Source: a virus
Lineage: Duplodnaviria > Caudoviricetes
IMG/VR virus record: IMGVR_UViG_3300034094_000170
Coordinates: 1-59,020 of that record
Direction: 5' to 3' (one strand)
DNA length: 59,020 nt
Under the pieces are notes generated by a model. That model saw only the letters and a program-made list of their open reading frames with translations, ran no database searches and was not told the DNA's origin. This document shows, piece by piece, positions 21,301 to 33,300 of this stretch. Position numbers and translations under genes: made by a program. The stretch's first letter is position 1. Each line of letters opens with the position of its first letter.

Positions 21301-24300
21301 TCTTCTAAATACCCAACTTGAGGTGTACCAATTCCTACGGCTTTTGATTCAACACCCATATTACTCAAAACTCTTTGAGCTTGTTGGGCAACAAAACCAC
21401 CACCCGAATAACCAATAGCATTAACAGGTTGACCATATTTTCTTGAATGTGCCAACATTTGTGCAGCTAATTCTGTTGTATCAGGGTTAGCACCTTCAAC
21501 AACATTAGTTCTTAATACCTTTCTTTTTACAACTTCTTTTACCCATGAAATAGGGTCATGTGTTATTGGTGCGGTAGTATCAGAACCAGTATTTTCTACA
21601 GGTACAACATGACTACCTTGAAATTTTTCTTGAACTTGGTCAGCTAATCTATGACTAGATTTACCTTTTTCACCTGCAAAACCACCAATTGCAAATAAAG
21701 TGTTATCTTTACCATCTGGTAAAGCATCGGGTAAAGTTGCGATAATTTCTTGCGCTCTTTTTTCAACATCTACTGCTAAATCAGCAAGAATCCTATCTTG
21801 TCTTTCATTAATTTTTTTAGCAGGGACTTCATATAAATTTTTTAAAGATTTTTTAATTTTAGCAAAGGCTGATTTTTTCTTTGCAGCTTTATCCTCTAAT
21901 CTTTTTTCTTTTTTTGCTGCACGATATTCACCAATATTTTCAACTAAACCTTTAGCTTCCTCAGCAAAGTTTTGAGGTGCAAAAACTTCAGCAACAGCAG
22001 GTTTTACATTTTGTTCCCAGTCTTCACTTGCAGCTTTAACTTGTTCCGATAATTCAAGAACTTTACCAGATACATCACTAGCTGTTACTGTTATAGGTTT
22101 AATTTTAGGTTGTTTATAAGGTAATCCTGTAGATGCAGCTTGTTTTCTAGCTTCTTTTTCAGCTAACTCTCTTTCAAATATAGCAGCTTCTTTTTTTTGT
22201 CTAAATCTTTCTTTTCTATCCTCTCTTTTACCAGGGGTTTTTACAAATACTTTTGCACTCGCAGCTTGAATATTTTCAGCAGCTTCTAAATAATCAGAAG
22301 CAACACCAGGTTTTACATTTAATCTGGCTTCTGATAGTTTTCTTCTAATATTTGGTCTTTTTTTAGCTATTTTTTTTATAGCTTCAAGATTTTCAGTTAT
22401 ATCAGTTATTTTTGCTTCAACTTCTGCCGTGACATCACTAATAGCTTTTTTAGCTTTACTTGCAACACTACCAACCGAATATAAATATAATGGTAGTTGT
22501 GGTGTTACTGGTTTAGCTGTAGGTAATAATGTACCGGACTTAATAGGTAATGTTGGTTCATCAAAATTTAATTCAACATTATTTAAAAACTCTGATAAAT
22601 CATCTATTTCGGAAGTTATATCATCAGAATTTAACTCGACACTATTTAAGAATACAGACAAGTCATCTATTTCAGAAGTTATATCTTCAAAGTTTAAATC
22701 GTATGTAAACTCAGGAACATTTGGTCGCTCTATTTTAACAAATTCACCATTAGATTTAAAAATGTTTGTTATATTTTTAAAAATATTAGCTGTCGTTTTT
22801 CTTAAAGCGTTTGTAACTTTTTTATCTTCTTTTGATATATCATCAACTATTTTACCAGTAAACAATGACTGTATACTATATGCTTGTACTTCTTTTTTTT
22901 TCTGATTATCAAATAATCCCTGTTTAAAATCATCTATTTCTTTTTGCGATATACCAGAAGATAAAGCTTCTTGGATACCACTAATCATTTCTGGATTATT
23001 GTTTAATTCATTAACAAAAGAATCAGTGGATTTGTTTGCACCACTCTCTATTTGTGAAAGAATTTTAGGGTTTTTAATTTCTGGTATTATCAGGTCATCT
23101 GTAACATCTATACCATATTTTTCCGTCAAATCTTTTAAGTTTTTTTGAAATGAGTGTGTTAATTCGTGTACTAAAATTTCAACAGTATTATATGCAACAC
23201 CTCTCCCATATTTTTCAATAGTTTTAGCAACACCTTCATTTAAAACATTAATATCTTTAGCTGTAAGAAAAATAGTATTTAATTCAGCTATATATTCACC
23301 CATTTTATCACTAGCACTATTGGAAAGTTTATCAATTTTTGGTAATTTAAAAAGTTCAATATCTAATTTTAAATTTTCAGCCAGTTTTTTAATTATTTTA
23401 TTATATTCTTCTATACCTTTTTTATTTAATAATAAATTATCTAAATCTTTTTTATATGATTTTTTAGATTTACCTAAAACACTACCAACTGAATATAAAG
23501 GTAATGGTGGTGTTACTGGTTTAGCTGGAATAACAGATTTTCCATCACTTCTTAAATTTGAAATTATAACACCAGTTAAAGATTTTTGAACTGTATATGC
23601 TTCAACCTCTTTTCTTTTAACTGTTTTAAAAGCATCAGGATTTTCATTTTTTAATCTTTCAACAGTGTAATCAGGAACATTTTCTTTTATGACTCTTTCA
23701 GCAGTTGCATTAACAGATTTTTCCGATAATCTTTCTATATAATCAATGATATTTTTATCATCAACTTTAGGCAATTCAATATGAGTAGGATTATCAACAT
23801 CACCTTTATTAATTTTTTCAGGAAATTTAGTTTTTTCTAAAAATCCTTGAATTGCATGAGTTAATTCATGCAATACTGTTTCTAAATCATTAGTGACATC
23901 ACTTAAACCTCTTGTATCAATAGCATTTTCTATACCACTATTTAATAGTTCAATAACATTTTCATAACTATCGTTTAATGTTAGTGTGTTGGTGCTTTTT
24001 GTGTACTGTGCGCCAATTTTATCACCATCAGATAATGATTGATTTCCTTTATATTTTTCAATTTGAGGTAATTTAATACCTTCAATATCAATTTTTAATA
24101 ATTTTCCTAACTCTTTAAATAATTTTTTATAAGATTTTACACCTTCATCATTTAATGATTTAAAAGGTGGTAATTTTACAATAGGTTTATTAGATATCCC
24201 TAAATGTCCAGATATACTAGACATTGCATCAGCATCTTCTAAATAATTTTTAATTCCATGCCCACTTTCACCAGGTTGAAGTGTTGGTGCGCCTTGAGTA

Positions 24301-27300
24301 ACAACATTAGCTTTATTTAACCCCATCATCATCTTACCTATGGGGTCATTTTTGGCTATATATGCTTGGTAATTAGGATTAGCTTTTCCTTGGTCAAGAT
24401 ATCCGGTTGCTGGTGTGGCGATACCAACTCCTTTCATACTCATGCCCATTTGTTCTAACAGGTCAATACTTTGTTGAACAATAAAACCACCACCAGAAAA
24501 ACCAGCACCAGCTACAGGGACGTTGTATTTTTTAGCATACGCTTTAGCTTGCGCCGCAAATTCTTTGGTGTCAGGTATAACAGCATCAACAAAGTTTGTT
24601 TTAATAACTTTACTAAATACTATTTCAGACAACCAACCTATTAAATTTTTCTCTGCAACATTTATAACGTCAAAATATTTATTAGCAACAGGTACAACTA
24701 AACTTTCTTGGAATTTTTCTTGTATATTATTTGCTATTCTTACACTTGAACCACCACCTTCACCAGCAAAACCACCAATAGCTAGAATGACACTACCTTT
24801 AGTAATAGAGTCAGGTAAACCTTTTTTAATTTCTTCTGAACGCTTATATATATCTTGTTCTAATTGTTTATATATAGCTTTACGTTTTTTGTTTATATAA
24901 TTACTAGGTAAGTTATATAAATCAGATAAATATTTTTTAATTCTTGATTGAAAACCTTTAGAATCTTTTGCTGGTATATTACCAACATTCAAATCATTAT
25001 TTTTTACTATAGATTTTGAAAAATCCAATGATGGTATTTGTCTAGGATTTTTTAATTTGGATTTTGAAAAATCAAGACCTGGAACTTTTACAGGGGTTAC
25101 TCCTAATTTTTTAGCTTTTTCATCATAATCGGATAAAATTTTAGCTCTTTTTTCTTTATATTTAACCTTTCTTTCTGCTAATTCTTTTTCAGATTTTTCT
25201 TCGTTTTCAATGAAATCAATAAATCTAACATTCATATTAGATTTATTGATTTCATTTTTAATAGGTTCACCTATAAACCTTGCGTTCATATTAGAAGTTT
25301 GAACTTTAGGTTCAGGTTTTTTACCACCACTGACACTACCCATTGAATATAAAGGTAATGAAGGTGGTTTTGTCGATTTTATTTCAGCTTTTTGTTTTTG
25401 TTTATTAAACTTTTCTTGCAGCTTCTCTCTTTTTTTATCATACTTATCAATTATTTTTTGTTGTTCTTTTGATATTTCAGGAATAGAAACATTATTTTTA
25501 TCATCTTTATTAACAGAAAAATCAGATAATAAATCAGGTAATTGTATTAAATTTTTAACAATATCTTGAGTGAGTATAGCACCCGCAGCATAAGCTTCTC
25601 GCTCTATTTGTAAAACCTCTTGATGAATTTCTTCTATCACTTCAACAAGTGAAGGTTTTAACTTTCTAAGTTCTTCTATAGATTTAACACCATGTTTGAC
25701 TACTTCTTTATTAAGACCTTCTAAAACGTATTGACTAGATAATTTTGCACCTTTTTCTATAAAACCTTTATCAAATTCAGTTTTAGCTTTAGGTATTTTT
25801 AATTTACCACCACCTGAATCTGGTGACGGTAAACCATTTTTATAATCAAATGTACCTCTATCATTTTCAGGAATTTGAACTATCGACTGAAGTGCATGAG
25901 TTAATTCATGTACAAGAATTTCTAATCCATTACTTAAACTTTGAATACCATCAGGTTTTTCTGACTCATTTTTAAAATCACTATTAAGAAAATCTATAAT
26001 ATTTTTATTACTAGCATCTTTATATTCAGTATTTAACCCAACTGTGTAATTAGTTGAATCAAAACTACCAAGACTATCTTGACCATCTTTAAAAGTTTCA
26101 ATTTTGGGAGGTTCTACATTTTTAACATTAACCCCTACTGTTTTAGCTAAAACAGCAAATATTTTTCTATAATTTTCTAAACCTTTTTCTGTTAATATCC
26201 CTTCATTTTTTATCAATGACTGACTTGCATCCACTTTAGAGCTTTTATTTTTACCAAATATGCCCCCAAAAGAATATAGTGGTAGATTTGGTGATGAAAT
26301 ATCAGGAGTTTCAACAGGTTTAATTATTTCATTTTTTTGAAAACCTTTAAGAATGTCATTTGTTTGAAATTGAGAAGTATATGCCTCTCTCTCTATTTTT
26401 TGAACATCTTGATAGTTTTTAGGTAATGTTTCATCGATATATTTTGAACCTTCAGGATGATTTTTTCTAATTTCCTCCTCTGTTTTACCATATTTACCAC
26501 TTTTAATAAGTCTGTTAATTACCTCTTGTGGGTGTCTCCCTTCACTAGAAAGCAATGCGCTTTTTTCTATATATTCTAAATCATCGACATCTTTAATTTG
26601 AGGAAGTTTTAACTGTCCCCAACCAGCTTTAGGGTCAGGTATTTTACTATAATCTATTACACTTTTATCTTCAGGTTTAATTTGTACAAGTGACTGTAAA
26701 GCATGAGTTAATTCATGTACAAGGCTGGATATACCACTATCCGCCATATATTCAATTTCACCAGGTATTTTTGATTCATCGCCTATGTTTTCATTATTAA
26801 GAATGTCTCTAACATCAGGATAAGCCGTTTGATTGAGTGTTATTCTATATTTTTTTGGATTATATTCACCACCTAATGAAGCATCAAGACTAGGAAAACT
26901 AAGCTCAGGAGGTTTTATGCCAGCTACATCAACATTAACTAATTTAGCTAAATCTTCAAATATTTTTTTATAATTTTCTTCACCTATTTTTGTTAAAGTG
27001 TTATCTTTATCTGCTCTTTCTGTATCTTTTATTTTTTCTTCTAAAGCCTTTATTTCAGCTTTTAATTCTTCTATTTCTTTTGCATCCTCTACTTTATCTA
27101 ATTCTTTTATTTCAGCTTTTAATTCTTCTATTTCACTTTTTTTCTCAGCTTTATCTAAAGCCTTTAGTTCAGCTTTTAATTTTTCTTCTTCGGATTTTTT
27201 ATCAAATGGGTTTTTAAATATATTTCCAAGACCAAAACCATATTGAGGTAAATTTGGTGTTTGTATTCCTAATTTTTCTGCTTTTTTCTGATATTTTTCT

Positions 27301-30300
27301 ACAATTTTAGCTCTACGTTCTTCAGCTTTAGCTTTTCTATCAGCTTGTTTTTCTGCTAATTTATCAGCTTTTCTTTGCTCTTTTTCAGAAAGTGTAGAGA
27401 CAGAAACAACAGGTGTTTTAACAACAGGTGCTACAACAGGAGGTGTGGAGATAGGTTTAACAACGGGTGTTTCAACGGGTTTGATAATAGGTTCAACAAC
27501 AGGTTTTTGAAAACCTTTGATGATGTCTCCAGTTGAGCCATACCCCATTGTGTATGCCTCTCTCTCCATTTGTTTAGTATTTTCAAAATCTTTAGGAAAT
27601 ACCTCATCAAAATATTTTTCAAAACCAGGATGATTTTTTCTAATTTCCTCCTCTGAACCACCAACCGTACCCATTCCAATAATCTTAGCTATTCTTTTTT
27701 GTGGGTGCATTCCTGCACTAGATAGCAATAATTGTTCTTCTATACTCGCTGCTAAATCAGCATTTTCAACTAATGGCGTTTTTAATATTCCTGCCCCATC
27801 TCTAGGCGCGGGTACTTTAAAATCTTTACTACCGACTTTTGATTTATCGCCATCTATAACTTGAACAAGTGATTGTAAAGCGTGAGTCAATTCATGTACA
27901 ATAACTTCAAAACCACCTTCCTCTAATGCCTTAATACCACCAGGCTGTTGAGAAAGTGTACTAATGTCACTATTCAAATAATCTTGAGCTTTAGGAAAAT
28001 ATTTACTATTTACTTCTATAGAGTATGTCTTTTCATCATATTCACCAGCTTTAGTATATCCAGATGAACTATTAGCCATCGTAGCAGGAAAACTAATTTT
28101 AGGAGGTTGTAAATCAGATACATCAACACCAACTAATTTAGCTAAATCATCAAATATTTTTCTATAATTTTCTAACCCTCTTTCTGTTAAACCATTTACT
28201 ATTTTTGATTGATGTATTTGTTGTTTATTAGATTTTAAATCAGCTTTTAATTTTTCTTTTTGTGCTTTTATTTCAGCTTTAATTCTATCTTTTTCTGATT
28301 GTGCATCAGCTTTTCTTTGTTCTTTTTCAGAAGGTGTAGATGTTGATATTTTTGGTGTAGAAACCTGTACAGTAGGTGATTGTACAATTGGTGATTTAGA
28401 TTTTAATTTTTCAGTTTTTAATCTTACTCTCTCTTCTCTTTTAGCATATTTTTCTGCTAATTTTTCAGTTTTTAATCTTTCTTTTTCAGCTTCTTTTTGT
28501 TCTTTTTTAGAAATCGCAGGAATAGGTTTTTCAATACCAAAAGAATGTAATGGTAAATCAGATTGTTGAGAATCATCTTTCTCACCACCTAAATCCCCTC
28601 TAGCCGGATGTACAGGTAAATCATCTTTAGATTTATTACCTTTTTTATTTGCTCTACTTTTTACACTCTTAATAACCTCTTGTGAATATACAGCCTCAGC
28701 TTTATATGCTTCAATTTCACGTCTTCTAACTTCTTTTATTAAAACTGCATATTGTTTATTTATTTGTGCGTAACTTGCTCCAGGGTTTGCATTTTTTAAT
28801 GATTCAATAAATCCTTGTGTTGACATTTCAACCATATCATCAATAATCTTTGCTAAATCTTCACCAGGATTAGGAATATCAAATGCCTGCACATTGATAA
28901 CCGGTTGACCTTTGAAAATATCATCTATTGATATTTTAGAAACACCAGCTTGAAAAGCATGGGTTAATTCATGTATCAATATTGATAATGATTCATTGAC
29001 CGTATCTTCACCTAACTTATCTATTGACTCACCAATACCAGCGTTCAATATATCTAATAATTCAGGAGCAACACTAACAGCATTAAGCGTTTCTTCATAA
29101 GAAGCTTTGACACCATCAACAGCAAAATCAGTTTTTACATTTATATTAGGTATTGTTATTTTCTCAATATCAACACCTAATTTTTTACCTAACTCTTTAA
29201 ATATTGCTTTATAATCTTTAATCGCTCTAGCATTTAACCCGTTGATAACAGGTTGCATAGTCTCTTTTGGTGTTGCTGTAGCACTAGATTCTTTAGCTTT
29301 TGGAGGTCTAGCATTAGAAGCTCTAGTTTTCTTGGGTTTTGGTTCTTCTTCTTCAGTTTCTAATTCATCACCTGATTTATATGTATCAGGTTTTGGTATT
29401 CTACTAGATAGAGGGCCGTTTACTATAACATCATTTTTAAGTTCAAGATTAGATTTTATCTCAGCAATAACACCACTTTCATCTGATGTTAAATCAAAAG
29501 TTTTTGTTATTTTATCAATTACAGCAATAAATTCATTGATATCTTTTGTAATATCTTTAGCTACACCTTTACCTAAAATAGAATATTGAATCGCTTTAGC
29601 GTCTAATTCTGATGCCAAATCCTGTATTTTATTAAAATTGACTTGTTCTATTTTTGGCTTTTCAATATCACCTGTTGATTGTATTGGTGTCACTACAGGT
29701 TCAACAACAGGGGCAACTATTGGTTTAGGTGTAGAAATTGTAGCGGGTTTGACTTCTACAACGGGAGTTGATGGTTTAACAGTAGCAACTTTTGGTTTTT
29801 TAGCTACAACTTTAGCTTTTGGTTCAGGTGCAATTACGGGTGTGACAACTTGTGGTAAAGCTGAAATATTAGCAATATATTTTTGTTTTTCTTTTAACTG
29901 TACTATTAAACCACCCAGAGCTTTACCAGTAACACCATCATATTTATATATTTTAAGTATTTCATCAATACCTTTTATATAATTATCAATATCTTCATTT
30001 ATTTTATCTACAGATTCATCTCTATTAACACTGTAATTTTTAATCCTAACATTTAAGTTTTTATTTGCTTCTTTTAAATGTTTTATGATATCATCTTCAC
30101 TATTAAGCATTGGTCTGATATCAGCAGCACCAGTCTTTTTAGATGAACGTTTAACAGAGTCACCTAATTGTTTAGCAACAATTTGTATATCAGGAAAAGA
30201 TGCACTCTGAGCTATCAATTCTGATAACGGTTCAAGATTTCTTTGCTGACCACTAACTTTAACACCTAAAGATTTAGCAATTTGAAATAAACCTTTGGCT

Positions 30301-33300
30301 GTAAATTCCTCTCTTAATTTTTTAGCTATTTCAGCTAATTGGTTTTTGGGTAAATTTACAGGTTTAAGAACAGTCAAAGCGGGTTTTGTTACTGGTGTAA
30401 CAATAGGACTGCTAACAGAAGTCTGTATTTGTGTTGCAACAGGTGTTACTTTAGGTGTTGCTACATTTTTAACAACAGGTTTAGAAGGTGTTGTTAACTC
30501 AGGTTTTTTTGTTAAATCTATTTTGGTAACAGGTTTTGTTGCTGGTGTTGAAACTTTAACCTCTGGTACAATAGGAGTTTTAACATCTGGTATTTTTTTT
30601 ACAGGTGCAGGTTTTGGAGTTGGCTCAGGTGTTGATATAACAGGTTTAGGAACACTAACCTGTTCAGGTGTTTGTATTTCTAATTCATCTGCTCCAAATA
30701 ATATTTTATTTTGCTGTTTTAATATACTAATTATTGGATTAATTTTTTCAGCTATTATCGGTATGTTTCCATATACTTTATTTATTTCATCAAGATATGC
30801 AACAAAAAAATCAATATCATTTTTTATGTTTTCAGCAATACCTACACGACGTTTTGCATATAATAATATTCTTTTATTTAATTTTTTATATGTTGGTTCT
30901 AAACTTGCAATAAAAGAGTTGATTTCATCATCAGTATTAAGTTCCTCTATTTTGGGTATTGTTGGTTGTTTTTGCGATTGATGCTCAGGTAAAGGAACAG
31001 TCGATGATGTAACTGAAGGTGCTTGAATATTAACCTCTGGTTTAGCAGAAGTTCTAATATTAGGTCTTCTTTGGATAGGTGCTATTGTTGTTACAGGTTT
31101 AGGTGTTTGAACAACAGGCACAGTAGGTTTAGCAGAAACCTTAACAACAGGAGTAAAAGGTTTACCACTAATTTCAGCAAGTTTTTGTTTTTTAGCGATT
31201 AACTGACGTTTATAACCACCTAAAGCTTTACCAGTTTCAGGTTTATATTCATAACTTTTTATTATTTCATCAATATTGTTTATATAGTTATCAATATCAT
31301 CATTGATGTTTTGAACATTACCGTTACGAGTTTCTTCATATAGCTGTATTCTTTGATTTAAACTGATAGTAAAATCTTTATATAATCTTATGGTGTTTTC
31401 TTCATTAACTAAAACCTTTTTAACACCTTCTGATTGTTTTTGGATTCTTTTTACACTTTCACCTAAAGTATTTGCATAACTTTCAATATCAGGGAGATTT
31501 TCATACTTAGCTAAGTTTTTAGCTACTTCATCAAAACCTCTATTTTTAGCACCAACAGGTACACCCATACCTCTTGATATTTGTTCTAAACCTTTAGCGT
31601 TATATTTTTCTTTTAATGTTTTAGCATCAGCCTCTATTTCAGCAGCAGTTTTATTTAAAGGTTTACGATAAGATTTACCACCAGAAGATTTTTCTGGACT
31701 ATTAACTAAACCCAATTTTTCAAGTATATTTTGAGCATTAAAATTAAATGTTACTGTGGCTTTAGAGCGTCCACCTAAAGGTATAGAAACAGGTACTTTT
31801 AATTTTAAGTTAGCTTTTGGTAAATTTAAACCACGTCTCCCCGCCGGAGCAGTTTGGGGTTCAGGTTTATTTCTTAATTTGGGTAAGGGTATTTGTACGG
31901 GTGCTTGTGGTGTTGTTGGCGTTGTTGGTTTATTCTTTAATACAGGCTTGGGTTTTCTTGTTTTTAATATAGGTTTAGGTTTTTCAACTTTAGCTACAGG
32001 TTTTTCAGGTATCTCTACATTATCAAGAGAGAAAATATCAACATTTTTAACAAGAGAATTTTTTAATTCTTCATTTGTCTCGTTTAAATTTTTAATAATA
32101 GGTTCAAACTTTTCACCTATTGCTGGTATATGACTATATATTTCACTAATTTCACCAAGATATTTAGTAAATTTATCAATATCATTTTTTATTTTTTTGA
32201 TGTCGCCACTACCATTTTTTTGATATTCCTCTATTTGTGCATATAATTTATCTTTTGAAGCACCAATATTTTGAATCTGTTTTACAAGTTCAGCGCCAGA
32301 TTTAGGTTTTTTACCAAGATTAAAGTTTTCAGTGATACTAGCAACAACTTCAGCATCACCCATATAATTTTTAATATTATGTCCTGCAAACCCTTCTTTA
32401 AAAGAACCAGGTTTATACTGAGGTTTTGGTACACCTTGGGATTGAATAAAATCCTCTCCGGGTTTACCCATGATGGGCTTAAACATTTTTACAATGCCAT
32501 CATTTTTTGCCAAATATGACTTGACATTTTTATTTTGTCTTCCTTGTCGTCTTTTTAAATAACCCGTTTGTGGTGTTGCTACTGTTGCACCTTTAGTGCC
32601 ACCCTGTTCTTTTTGGACTCCCATCTTGTCCAAAATATCAATACTTTGTTCTACAGTAAAACCGCCAGAAGAAAAACCTATGGCACTAACAGGTACATTA
32701 TATTTTTCGGCATAAGCTTTTACTGTTGCTGCAAATTCTTTTGTGTCAGGGATAGTACCTTCAACAATGTTTGTTCTTAATATTTTCTTACTTACAACTT
32801 CCCACAACCATTTAGGTGCATTTTCAGTAAAAGCTATTGATGTGTCAAACATTGCGTTAGCAACAGGAACAACATAACTATCCTGAAATGTTTTTTGTAT
32901 TTCTTCAGCTACAGTTTCACTTTCTTTACCGCCACTACCAGAGAATCCACCAATAGCAACAATAACATTATCTTTACCTAAAATATCAGGTAAATCTTTT
33001 TTGATTTCCTCTGCGCGATTAGTGATATCTACTTCTAATTGTTGAAGTATTAAATCGCGTCTTTTATTGATATTTGCACCAACAACATTAGATAAGTTGG
33101 TTAAATCTCTTTTTACTTTAACAACAGCTTTTCTATTATCTGGTCTATTTTTTTTAGTTGGTAATTTAAACTCTTTAACAGAAGTTACTAATGATGCAGT
33201 ATCATCTTTGAAAGTATCAGGGTCAAATACTTCTGCTATTGCAGGTTTAACGTTTTGTTTAAAATCATTTTTCTTTTCTTTTTTTTCAGATTTTTTATAT

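Noticed and set aside
22560-22700. Tandem ~60-nt repeats (ITSEIDDLS..LN.VELN), and EIEELKAEIK repeats near 27040-27190
   Set aside because: In-frame coding repeats within the giant protein, not CRISPR-like.
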